Shown: in pieces, positions 15,198-22,682 of the stretch
Layout of the letters: each line of letters begins with the position of its first letter
Position numbering within the stretch: position 1 is the first letter of the stretch
Assembly: GCA_050261415.1 (NCBI GenBank)
Contig: JBLNDG010000132.1
Location: forward strand, 21,050 to 45,049
Reading direction: 5' to 3'
Origin: Caulobacteraceae bacterium
GTDB taxonomy: Bacteria > Bacillota > Clostridia > Lutisporales > Lutisporaceae
DNA: 24,000 nucleotides
Notes under the pieces: generated by a model
Told to the model about the DNA's origin: nothing
The model's input: only the letters and a program-made list of their open reading frames with translations
The model's database searches: none
Translations under genes and position numbers: made by a program

Positions 15198-15265
15198 CAC
15201 CTCCTTATGAAAATTTTACCATATAGAGGTGTATGACTACAAGCGAGTTAGGGGGTGAGGAAATG
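15198..15265. repeat. intergenic module R1 (68 bp)
   Basis: CACCTCCTTATGAAAATTTTACCATATAGAGGTGTATGACTACAAGCGAGTTAGGGGGTGAGGAAATG. Carries the minus-gene SD, TGGTAAAAT on the minus strand (15221..15213), the inverted repeat CACCTC-N22-GAGGTG, and the plus-gene SD and ATG. Confidence 0.85.
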
Positions 15266-15415
15266 GGAGAAGCAGAGAAGGCGATTTTTAGCATCGTCCT
15301 ACAAAGTGAAAATCAGGCTTTAAATGAGGCATATGAAGCTTATCTTTCAGCAAAGGAAAAGTTGCAAAGATGCTTGTACGAAGAAGGGATTGTCCTCCAT
15401 GTAGAAAAGGGGTAA
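15263..15415 (+). CDS. hypothetical small protein (50 aa)
   Basis: Start taken at ATG 15263 after GGGGGTGAGG. Track start 15233 lies inside the repeat with no usable SD. Product MGEAEKAIFSIVLQSENQALNEAYEAYLSAKEKLQRCLYEEGIVLHVEKG, predicted helical. Confidence 0.55.
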   Translation: MGEAEKAIFSIVLQSENQALNEAYEAYLSAKEKLQRCLYEEGIVLHVEKG

Positions 15416-15440
15416 ACCGCCAGCGCCAACTGGCGGTTTA
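15413..15440. terminator. perfect 11-bp hairpin between convergent small ORFs (bidirectional terminator-like)
   Basis: TAAACCGCCAG-CGCCAA-CTGGCGGTTTA. U-tracts are short (TTT is part of the stem), so terminator strength is uncertain. Confidence 0.55.
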
Positions 15441-15445
15441 CAGAG

Positions 15446-15637
15446 CTATTCGGACAAATACTCAATAATTGCATCTTTAAAAACCTGAAGAGTTTTTGCG
15501 GTTTCATCTCTCAGTATTTCTAAATTATGCTTATCAATTGGAGCATCATATGCTGCATTGGATGAAACATTAGTAGTTTTAAAGCGACGAATTATGCCAG
15601 ACAATTTTTCATTTAATTGGTTTATATCTTTCATCAT
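15446..15637 (-). CDS. hypothetical small protein (63 aa)
   Basis: ATG 5 nt after AAGGAGGTG. Helical, no motif recognised. Confidence 0.6.
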   Translation of the reverse strand: MMKDINQLNEKLSGIIRRFKTTNVSSNAAYDAPIDKHNLEILRDETAKTLQVFKDAIIEYLSE

Positions 15638-15641
15638 TAAG

Positions 15642-15709
15642 CACCTCCTTATGGAAATTTTACCATAATGAGGTGGGCAAGCACAAACAAGTTAGGGGGT
15701 GAGGAAATG
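15642..15709. repeat. intergenic module R2 (68 bp)
   Basis: CACCTCCTTATGGAAATTTTACCATAATGAGGTGGGCAAGCACAAACAAGTTAGGGGGTGAGGAAATG. 57 of 68 positions identical to R1 in my hand alignment, with no gaps. Confidence 0.85.
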
Positions 15710-15886
15710 GATAGTATTTTTAATGATGCAGTAAAAGAAATAATACCACTATATACAAAGTGTATTACAAAGGCAGCAAATGATTTTATTGAGGGAAAGA
15801 AAGTAGACTGCGAATCATTGATATCATTGCATGATTCTATTAGAGTACTTCATCATCTTAAGAAAATTTCTGAGGGAAATGAGTAA
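15707..15886 (+). CDS. hypothetical small protein (59 aa)
   Basis: Start at ATG 15707 after GGGGGTGAGG. Track start 15668 is inside the repeat. Confidence 0.55.
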   Translation: MDSIFNDAVKEIIPLYTKCITKAANDFIEGKKVDCESLISLHDSIRVLHHLKKISEGNE

Positions 15887-15907
15887 GCTAAGGAACAGAG
15901 CCTTAGC
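15887..15907. terminator. hairpin between convergent small ORFs
   Basis: GCTAAGG-AACAGAG-CCTTAGC, 7-bp stem, no U-tract. Weak. Confidence 0.35.
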
Positions 15908-15917
15908 CTAACATAAA

Positions 15918-16151
15918 CTATATCTTTTCCCACTCATGGATATCGGTGGGTACTTGATCCAGTTTACCGTCAAGGTTATCCCAGTCATAGCAGCCAGTGA
16001 CATGACAATAAACATCATCAGCTGCTGCAACAGCTGAGTGATAACTACCATAACAAATGTCACTGATAATTAATTCAAATCTACCGGTTGAGTTATTTAG
16101 TTTTATTGCCATAAGACCAATAGGGCTTTTATAGATATACAAGTGAACCAC
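15918..16151 (-). CDS. hypothetical small protein (74-77 aa)
   Basis: YIYKSPIGLMAIKLNNSTGRFELIISDICYGSYHSAVAAADDVYCHVTGCYDWD. The track GTG start (16151) overlaps the SD. TTG at 16142, 6 nt after AGAGGTG, is more plausible. Confidence 0.6.
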   Translation of the reverse strand: MVHLYIYKSPIGLMAIKLNNSTGRFELIISDICYGSYHSAVAAADDVYCHVTGCYDWDNLDGKLDQVPTDIHEWEKI

Positions 16152-16225
16152 CTCTATTTAGAAATTTTACCATATAGAGGTGGACAATCACAAGTAAGGT
16201 AGGGGGTGAGGTGAGGAATTGTATG
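16149..16225. repeat. intergenic module R3 (degenerate, 77 bp)
   Basis: CACCTCTATTTAGAAATTTTACCATATAGAGGTGGACAATCACAAGTAAGGTAGGGGGTGAGGTGAGGAATTGTATG. 29 of the first 34 positions identical to R1. TGAGG is duplicated and the ATG now opens only a 2-codon ORF. Confidence 0.8.
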
Positions 16226-16277
16226 GCATAGTACAATCCAATTCGCTCATAGGTTATAGGGAAGGAAGGTGGGGAGC

Positions 16278-16454
16278 ATGGCCAAAAGGCAGCCAATAAA
16301 AGTAATTGTGCACAAACCAAGCGATGAAGAAGTATCCAAACTTGTGGCAAGGGCATTTGCACAGATAATTGACGACCGGATCCAGGCACTTCCTGAGGAA
16401 ATGAGGGTACCCACTTATGATGCGATCATAGAATCATTGAAAAAGCTCGTATGA
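16278..16454 (+). CDS. hypothetical small protein (58 aa)
   Basis: ATG 16278 after GGAAGGTGGGG. Product MAKRQPIKVIVHKPSDEEVSKLVARAFAQIIDDRIQALPEEMRVPTYDAIIESLKKLV. Confidence 0.55.
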   Translation: MAKRQPIKVIVHKPSDEEVSKLVARAFAQIIDDRIQALPEEMRVPTYDAIIESLKKLV

Positions 16455-16506
16455 AAAGAAGAAGGCCGTTAAGCCTTCTAATTAAAAAAAGAAAGGTGGG
16501 ACATGT

Positions 16507-16602
16507 ATGTTGACAATTGAAGAAGCTTTGTGGCTTGCATCAAAAGGTTACTATATAGCTTGCAAAAGAGGTAACCTGAGTTACATCGGTTATGAAGGCT
16601 AG
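16507..16602 (+). CDS. possible 31-aa ORF
   Basis: AAAGGTGGG SD, ATG 16507. Product MLTIEEALWLASKGYYIACKRGNLSYIGYEG. Followed by overlapping hairpins AGGGC-AGAA-GCCCT and GCCCTG-GGA-CAGGGC (16601..16625). Confidence 0.3.
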   Translation: MLTIEEALWLASKGYYIACKRGNLSYIGYEG

Positions 16603-16781
16603 GGCAGAAGCCCTGGGACAGGGCATGTAAAATGATTAATCGGACTGATTTAGTGGCTGGGTGTTTATGATGGGACCGACTTGCTACAGTTTTATTTTAA
16701 CAGGTCATCAAGTGATAAATAAACCTGCTAATTATATCGGTTTTAGATAATTTCAAACAAAATATCAAAGGAGGTATTGAT

Positions 16782-17300
16782 TTGTTAGCGGAAGCAATAA
16801 AGGAAGCAAGAGGAAGATATGGTGTTTCACAAACTGCACTTGCGGGCAGGCTCAATATATCTCAGTCAGTTATAAGTGATGTGGAAAACGGGAAAAAGAA
16901 TTTATCTCATGATCTGGCTTTCAGGCTCCCAGAAGTGCTTAACAATGACGCAAAGGTCAAGGCTGAAATAGCCCACGAAATGAAAACAGAGTTTTTCAAC
17001 GTACCGGTGCTAAGGAATATTGATGACAGCCCCAAAAATGTGCTTGATGTATTGGTGTCTGAAGCTGCAGAGGCAATAAAAAGTGTCCAGGATATAAAGA
17101 GACTGCTATTGAATAAGCGCCCCGGTGCCCAGTTGGATGAAGAGACAATGACAGAGTTAATTCCACTTGAGGAGCAGATCGGGGACTTGTTCGCAGCCCT
17201 TAAGATGCATCTTATATCAATGAATGTAAGTTATGGACTGAATATCAGGACTGTTGAAGCCAGGGTGAATGCTAAGCTACGAAGGAAGGGCTATATATAA
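16782..17300 (+). CDS. XRE-family HTH domain protein (172 aa)
   Basis: TTG start after AAAGGAGG. N-terminal SQTALAGRLNISQSVISDVENGKK helix-turn-helix. C-terminal helical domain unassigned. Confidence 0.75.
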   Translation: MLAEAIKEARGRYGVSQTALAGRLNISQSVISDVENGKKNLSHDLAFRLPEVLNNDAKVKAEIAHEMKTEFFNVPVLRNIDDSPKNVLDVLVSEAAEAIKSVQDIKRLLLNKRPGAQLDEETMTELIPLEEQIGDLFAALKMHLISMNVSYGLNIRTVEARVNAKLRRKGYI

Positions 17301-17422
17301 AAAAAGAGTGCTTAAAAAAGCACCAAATTTATGTTCCATTTATATTTTATCATTACATAAATGAGTCTGCAATACTTTGAAGTTCCTTTATAAAACAAAA
17401 TGTCGGGAAAGGTGATGAACAT

Positions 17423-17767
17423 ATGAATACCATCAATTTTACATGTAAAATGCGTAGAGGTAAGTCAATTGAAGAGTGGCCGGCTACGATAACTAAGCTT
17501 ATAAATCACGGAAGCCACTATGAAATGCAGATATCTTCCCGTTCCAGCATAACGGTAATATTTGGTGATACACTGAGAGGCGGCTTCTGCTGCATACCTG
17601 GTGACAATGCAGGTTGTGAGTTAGCCGGATACAATGATTTATTCTGGAACCTTGAACGCATCACAGCTGCTATGAAAAACAAGGTGGATGCGGTAACGGT
17701 GGCTTTTGCTATAGCTGCCGTTGGCAAGCTGCTTGATGAGAACGGGCAACTATCAAAAGCCTTATAG
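17423..17767 (+). CDS. hypothetical phage protein (114 aa)
   Basis: AAAGGTGA SD 7 nt upstream. No motif recognised. Confidence 0.6.
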   Translation: MNTINFTCKMRRGKSIEEWPATITKLINHGSHYEMQISSRSSITVIFGDTLRGGFCCIPGDNAGCELAGYNDLFWNLERITAAMKNKVDAVTVAFAIAAVGKLLDENGQLSKAL

Positions 17768-17840
17768 GAAAGAGGATTAAAATTCTAAACTCCAGTACTG
17801 AACTGGTAAATCATGATAATTTATGAAAGGGGGTGTACTA

Positions 17841-18203
17841 GTGGATAAACTTACTATCGCCAATATAGCCAGGGGGGCATTGGTAGAGCAGTTTGAAGTT
17901 GAACTTGAGAAAGTTCTCGACAACATAGTTGATCCAAACACAGATCCTAAGAAGGTCAGGAAAATTCAAATCAACATGGAGTTCAAGCCTAACGAGAAGC
18001 GAAACATGGCAGAGATAAAGTGTCAGACTAAATCAAATCTCGTACCGGCAAATACGGTTGAGACAGCAATAACAATCGGAAAGGGTACGGACGGGACCAT
18101 AGCAGCGGCTGAATTGGATTCAGAGATATTCGGCCAGTTGAAGCTTGGTGATGAAGGCAACATAGAAGAGGCTGGGAAAATAGTCCAATACATTAAGAAA
18201 TAG
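17841..18203 (+). CDS. hypothetical phage early protein (~120 aa)
   Basis: GTG 17841 after AAAGGGGGTG preferred to track ATG 17823. No motif I can assign confidently. Confidence 0.6.
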   Translation: MDKLTIANIARGALVEQFEVELEKVLDNIVDPNTDPKKVRKIQINMEFKPNEKRNMAEIKCQTKSNLVPANTVETAITIGKGTDGTIAAAELDSEIFGQLKLGDEGNIEEAGKIVQYIKK

Positions 18204-18217
18204 GAGGAAGAGTACAG

Positions 18218-18916
18218 ATGATAAAAGCAGCATTAGAATATCTAGTCAACTTAGGCAAGACAGAAGTTTTGGAAGTCGATGGTCAGAAATATTCAACAAA
18301 GGGACTGCATCATATTACACAGCCTAGCCCTGATAATCTGGTTATTACAACTCTTACTGGTTTGGTGGACTATATTATATCCAAGATTGATGATCATAAG
18401 ACATCATTACTTATGCAAGTAGTATCGCCGAAGCAGGTGAGAGTATATTCACCGCTAAAACCGGATGCAATTAGGGATTACTACATAGAATGTACGGCGC
18501 AACTTCCTGATATATGCTTTGGAAAATTTATTGACATCGAGAATTTTAACATCATGCTTCAAAGCTGCTTTGTACAAAATGAACATTCTGCATCAGTTCT
18601 CCAGGTAGTTGGAAATATCACAGAACAAACAGTTAGAACAGTGGGTGACGATGGAGTATCACAGGAGGTAACAGCAAGAGCAGGTATAGTAAAAGTTACT
18701 AATGTACCTGTACCTAATCCGGTGATATTAAAGCCATTCAGAACATTTGCAGAAGTGGAACAGCCTGAAAGCAAATTTGTATTCCGTATGCAGGATGGAC
18801 CCAGAGCTGCAATCTTTGAAGCTGATGGTGGAGCATGGAAACTGGAAGCAATGAGGAATATTAAGGAATATCTCAAAATAAATCTTGAAGGTTGCAACGT
18901 AAAGATTATCTCATAA
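18218..18916 (+). CDS. hypothetical phage early protein (232 aa)
   Basis: AGGAGGAAGAG SD. Long ORF with ordinary composition, unassigned. Confidence 0.7.
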   Translation: MIKAALEYLVNLGKTEVLEVDGQKYSTKGLHHITQPSPDNLVITTLTGLVDYIISKIDDHKTSLLMQVVSPKQVRVYSPLKPDAIRDYYIECTAQLPDICFGKFIDIENFNIMLQSCFVQNEHSASVLQVVGNITEQTVRTVGDDGVSQEVTARAGIVKVTNVPVPNPVILKPFRTFAEVEQPESKFVFRMQDGPRAAIFEADGGAWKLEAMRNIKEYLKINLEGCNVKIIS

Positions 18917-18924
18917 TAAAAATA

Positions 18925-18956
18925 TCTGAGAGGGCATAAAAAAGAGCCCTCTCAGA
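18925..18956 (+). terminator. strong hairpin after the 232-aa ORF
   Basis: TCTGAGAGGGC (18925..18935) / GCCCTCTCAGA (18946..18956), 11-bp perfect stem. No T-run on the plus strand, so termination efficiency is unclear. Confidence 0.5.
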
Positions 18957-19028
18957 GCAAAAATTATATTTCCAATATAAATATATCATATTATTCAAAA
19001 TATATCAAATCTATAAGGGGGTATTACA

Positions 19029-19268
19029 ATGCAGAGCGATAAAGTGAAGGTCAACATGGTCAGTTGTAATGATCAGAAGCAGCATAAGATAAAAGCAATA
19101 TTCCCTACAGGTATTTCAACACATCATAAAGGCGTACTTGTAGCCCTTCCGGAGGAGGGTGATTCAACGGTAAAAATATATATTCTTGGGTGCTCAGGAT
19201 CTGAGTATAGAAAAGCGATTGAAGCCATGCTGAGTCAGATAAAAGAGCTCGGTGAGGTGAGATTTTGA
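19029..19268 (+). CDS. hypothetical small protein (79 aa)
   Basis: AAGGGGGT SD. Stop overlaps the TTG start of the methyltransferase gene. Confidence 0.6.
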   Translation: MQSDKVKVNMVSCNDQKQHKIKAIFPTGISTHHKGVLVALPEEGDSTVKIYILGCSGSEYRKAIEAMLSQIKELGEVRF

Positions 19269-20920
19269 AGCAGATTGATATATTTAGTGAAATTATGGTA
19301 GATAACTTCGCAGGTGGTGGTGGCGCGAGCACAGGCATAGAGATGGCAATTGGACGGTCAGTAGATATAGCAATTAATCACGATCCCGCCGCTATAGCAA
19401 TGCACCGTGCAAACCATCCTAATACAGAGCATTATTGCGAGAATGTATGGAAAGTGGACCCAAGGAAAGCCGTTAGAGGCAGGCCTGTGGCATTAGCCTG
19501 GTTCTCCCCGGACTGTAAACACTTCTCAAAGGCTAAGGGGGGAAAACCGGTTGAAAAGAAAATCAGGGGGCTTGCATGGATTGTATTAAGATGGGCGGCT
19601 CTTGTAAGACCAAGAGTAATTATGTTGGAAAATGTGGAAGAGTTTCAAACCTGGGGGCCATTAAACAGGCGTAAACACCCAATAAAGAGCAAGAAAAGTC
19701 AAACGTATTGGAAGTGGAGGGGACAGCTTGAAGCATTAGGATACGATATTGAGACAAAAGAACTGATTGCGGCAGACTACGGAGCGCCAACAAAGCGAAA
19801 ACGTTTCTTCATGGTTGCACGGTGTGACGGTAAGCCTATTGCGTGGCCTAAGCCTACTCATGGAGATAGAAACAGTGAAGAAGTGAAAAACGGGCTGCTT
19901 AAGCCTTATGTGCCAGCTGCAGACATTATAGACTGGGATATTCCATGTAAGAGCATATTTGACAGAAGCAAGCCTCTGGCAGAAAACACTATGAAACGAA
20001 TTGCCCGGGGATTACAGAAATTTGTTATCGAGAATCCAGAGCCATTTATTATTCAAGTAAATCATAGTGGTGACAGTTTTAGAGGGCAAGTGTTAGATGA
20101 ACCTATGCCAACAATCACAGCGAAGCATGGATTTGGGCTTGTAACTCCATACATTACTCAAATAGGGCAGACCGGATTTACGGATGATAGGTCAAAGAGT
20201 GTTGAAGAGCCTATTACAACAGTGATGTCAAAGCAAGAGCATATGCTGATAGCACCCACTTTGATTCAGTACCATTCCGAAACATCAAAAGATGAAGTTA
20301 GAGGTCAGACGCTTGAAGAACCAATTATGACAATTGACAGTAACCCCAGATATGGGTTAGTGAGTGCTTTCATCAGCAAATATTATGACGGTACTTATAA
20401 AGGTGCTGGGAGCAAATGTGATGATCCCTTACATACGGTAACTGGTAAAGACCACAATGCACTGGTTACAGATCATATAATTCAAATGAATAACAATATG
20501 GTCGGAACTGATATGAGGGAACCACTAAATACCATAGTAGCAGGGCCCGGACATATTGGAGAGGTAAGAGCTTTCTTAATTAAATACTACGGACAAGGCA
20601 CTGGGCAGGATATCAAAGAACCTCTTGATACCGTGGTTGGCAAAGACAGATTCGGGCTGGTAACAATAGAAGGCCAGGATTATCAGATAGTAGATATCGG
20701 CATGAGAATGCTTGAACCACATGAACTTTTCAGAGCTCAGGGATTTCCGGAGAACTACATAATTGACCGTGACGACAAAGGCAATCCATATCCTAAAAAA
20801 GAGCAGGTAGCCAGATGCGGTAATGCAGTACCTCCACCATTCGCAGAAGCTTTGGTAAGAGCTAACTTGCCGGAGCTGTGCGATAGCGAGGATACAGGTA
20901 GATATTATAGTGCGGTATAA
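19265..20920 (+). CDS. DNA (cytosine-5) methyltransferase, phage type, with expanded repeat-containing variable region
   Basis: Motif I VDNFAGGGGAS, motif IV FSPDCKHFSKAKGG (catalytic Cys), motif VI IMLENVEEF, motif VIII GAPTKRKRFFMVA, motif IX RAQGFPENY, motif X RCGNAVPPPFA. About 190 aa between VIII and IX contain six tandem repeats. Confidence 0.9.
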   Translation: MKQIDIFSEIMVDNFAGGGGASTGIEMAIGRSVDIAINHDPAAIAMHRANHPNTEHYCENVWKVDPRKAVRGRPVALAWFSPDCKHFSKAKGGKPVEKKIRGLAWIVLRWAALVRPRVIMLENVEEFQTWGPLNRRKHPIKSKKSQTYWKWRGQLEALGYDIETKELIAADYGAPTKRKRFFMVARCDGKPIAWPKPTHGDRNSEEVKNGLLKPYVPAADIIDWDIPCKSIFDRSKPLAENTMKRIARGLQKFVIENPEPFIIQVNHSGDSFRGQVLDEPMPTITAKHGFGLVTPYITQIGQTGFTDDRSKSVEEPITTVMSKQEHMLIAPTLIQYHSETSKDEVRGQTLEEPIMTIDSNPRYGLVSAFISKYYDGTYKGAGSKCDDPLHTVTGKDHNALVTDHIIQMNNNMVGTDMREPLNTIVAGPGHIGEVRAFLIKYYGQGTGQDIKEPLDTVVGKDRFGLVTIEGQDYQIVDIGMRMLEPHELFRAQGFPENYIIDRDDKGNPYPKKEQVARCGNAVPPPFAEALVRANLPELCDSEDTGRYYSAV

Positions 20921-20983
20921 CACATCATGATCATTATGCGAACTAAGAAAAAATAAATTTAATCGTCATAGGTAAGCTTTTAA

Positions 20984-22135
20984 ATGCCGGCAGCCTTTCC
21001 GACGGGAAAGGAACTTATGATGAAATCAAATAAGAAAAATGAATATAAAAGTAAAGTATACACAGAACGACCGGCGTACGCAGATTTTAACGCGCCTCAT
21101 AAATTTGAAGCCATTAAAAGCATAATCGCCAGAAGACTAATTGAGTACCCAAATGCGATTTGCTCCTATTCTGGTGGAAGTGACAGTGACATCATGCTGC
21201 ATCTGATCGAAACAGTGCGTAAAATTTACAATCTCCCACCCATTCAATATTGCTTTTTCAACACCGGGCTTGAGATGGAGGCAATTAAGCGGCACGTCTG
21301 CGAAGTAGAGAAGCTATATGGGGTCACAATTACCGAGCACCGTCCTAAAAAGAACATTGTGCAGGCCACAAGGGAATATGGGCTGCCGTTTGTATCAAAG
21401 ATTATGTCATCTGGGCTTGAAGGGGTGCAGAAAAAAAACATCCCATTGTCAATAGCAGCAGAATACGCAAATGCAGAGGATAAGGCGGCAAAACGAGCAG
21501 AGCTTAAAGAACGCTATCCAAAGTGTGAATCAACAATTAACTTTCTATGTGGATGCAATTCTGCGGGGGAACCACGGCCGGACATCCAACTCGTCATAAA
21601 CTCGTCAAAATATATGCTTGACTTTATTATTGAAAATCCAATCCCATTTAAAGTAAGCAACAAATGCTGTGATTGCTGCAAAAAGCAAGTAGCGCATAGC
21701 GTGCAAAAGCCGTTTGATATGATAATCACAGGAGAGCGCCGGGATGAGGGTGGTATGAGGTCGGTCCCGCGCAAGGATAATACATCAATGTGCTTTACCG
21801 AAACGGCTGATGGAAAATACAGACTTCGACCTCTGTTTTATGTGTTGGATGCGGACAAAAAGTGGTACAAAGACTACTACGGGATTCGCTATTCGGATGC
21901 CTACGAAGTGTACGGATTAACGCGCACAGGATGTTGTGGATGTCCCATATCGGCAAAAGCAATAGAAGATTTGGAAAAGATAAGGCCCTTTGAGCCGAAT
22001 TTGGTTAAGGCCGCATGGAACGTGTTTGGTGACAGCTATAGATATCGTCAGCAGTACAACGAATACAAGGCAAATAGACGGAGGATTGAAGTTAAGCAGA
22101 AAGATTATACAGATTCATTTTTAGAGGATGCCTAA
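20984..22135 (+). CDS. PP-loop ATP-pyrophosphatase, PAPS reductase / DndC / IbrA-like family
   Basis: PP-loop SYSGGSDSD (21170..21187). Distal Cys clusters CCDCCKK and RTGCCGCP, as seen in phage PAPS-reductase-like proteins. Start may be ATG 21017. Confidence 0.8.
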   Translation: MPAAFPTGKELMMKSNKKNEYKSKVYTERPAYADFNAPHKFEAIKSIIARRLIEYPNAICSYSGGSDSDIMLHLIETVRKIYNLPPIQYCFFNTGLEMEAIKRHVCEVEKLYGVTITEHRPKKNIVQATREYGLPFVSKIMSSGLEGVQKKNIPLSIAAEYANAEDKAAKRAELKERYPKCESTINFLCGCNSAGEPRPDIQLVINSSKYMLDFIIENPIPFKVSNKCCDCCKKQVAHSVQKPFDMIITGERRDEGGMRSVPRKDNTSMCFTETADGKYRLRPLFYVLDADKKWYKDYYGIRYSDAYEVYGLTRTGCCGCPISAKAIEDLEKIRPFEPNLVKAAWNVFGDSYRYRQQYNEYKANRRRIEVKQKDYTDSFLEDA

Positions 22136-22170
22136 GACGCATCACATGATTTAAGCGAAGGAGAGATTGT

Positions 22171-22371
22171 ATGACAAGATTTACATTATTATCAAGCAAC
22201 ATAGACAAATTGAGCTCATTTATCGCCATGATAAGCAAAGGGCATACAATTTGTGGACTATGTAATACAGATCGCAAAATATGCAATACGGAGATTAATA
22301 ATAATTGTGTTAAGCAGTATCTAGATACGGAGTTAGATGCGGATTTTACCTGTAACTTTATGAAAGTCTAA
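22171..22371 (+). CDS. small Cys-rich hypothetical protein (66 aa)
   Basis: GAAGGAGAG SD. Contains ICGLCNTDRKICNTEINNNC. Confidence 0.55.
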   Translation: MTRFTLLSSNIDKLSSFIAMISKGHTICGLCNTDRKICNTEINNNCVKQYLDTELDADFTCNFMKV

Positions 22372-22400
22372 TTTGCATTTCATGATGGAGGCGGTATGGC

Positions 22401-22652
22401 ATGGCACACATTGAGGTATGGTACCGATGTCCTGTTTGCAACCTTGCATACGACAACCAAAGAGAGGCTATCGGATGCAGAAATGCTCACCCCGTCAAAT
22501 CGGAAAGATGGGCAGTTGGGAATGGCGGAAAAGCGGTACGGATTTCTGATAATTGCACCCCAGACGGATACGGCGGAGTCAACTGGGCACTGCGGGAAGC
22601 AGACCTGAGCGACCTCATAGAGGAACGCAAACGGCAGTTGGAGGGAAAATGA
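22401..22652 (+). CDS. small zinc-finger-like hypothetical protein (83 aa)
   Basis: GGAGG lies 9 nt upstream. Contains WYRCPVCNLAYDNQREAIGCRNAH (CxxC...CxxxH). Confidence 0.55.
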   Translation: MAHIEVWYRCPVCNLAYDNQREAIGCRNAHPVKSERWAVGNGGKAVRISDNCTPDGYGGVNWALREADLSDLIEERKRQLEGK

Positions 22653-22682
22653 TAGAAATGCGACATAAAGGCAGGTGAGGAT

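Noticed and set aside
15233-15262. Track N-terminal extensions MTTSELGGEE (15233) and MRWASTNKLGGEE (15668)
   Set aside because: The apparent similarity (..LGGEEM) is just the conserved DNA module translated. Those ATGs lack a correctly spaced SD, whereas ATG 15263 and ATG 15707 follow GGGGGTGAGG.
14758-16225. CRISPR-like reading of the four regularly spaced GTTAGGGGGTGAGG repeats
   Set aside because: The repeat period is 444-507 bp rather than about 60-70 bp. The repeats coincide with SD/start codons, the 'spacers' are ORFs, and no cas genes are present.
16129-16389. 86-aa minus-strand ORF across module R3
   Set aside because: It spans the repeat and the start of the plus-strand ORF, has no SD, and is Leu/Pro-rich low-complexity sequence.
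16457-16480. Hairpin AGAAGGC-CGTTA-GCCTTCT after ORF 16278..16454 as an intrinsic terminator
   Set aside because: The stem is real, but it is followed by an A-run rather than a T-run on the plus strand, and no minus-strand gene ends there. Left unannotated.
22396-22608. 70-aa ORF in the alternative frame to 22401..22652
   Set aside because: Its ATG is only 4 nt from GGAGG. The overlapping 83-aa frame has better spacing (9 nt) and a CxxC...CxxxH zinc-finger-like motif.
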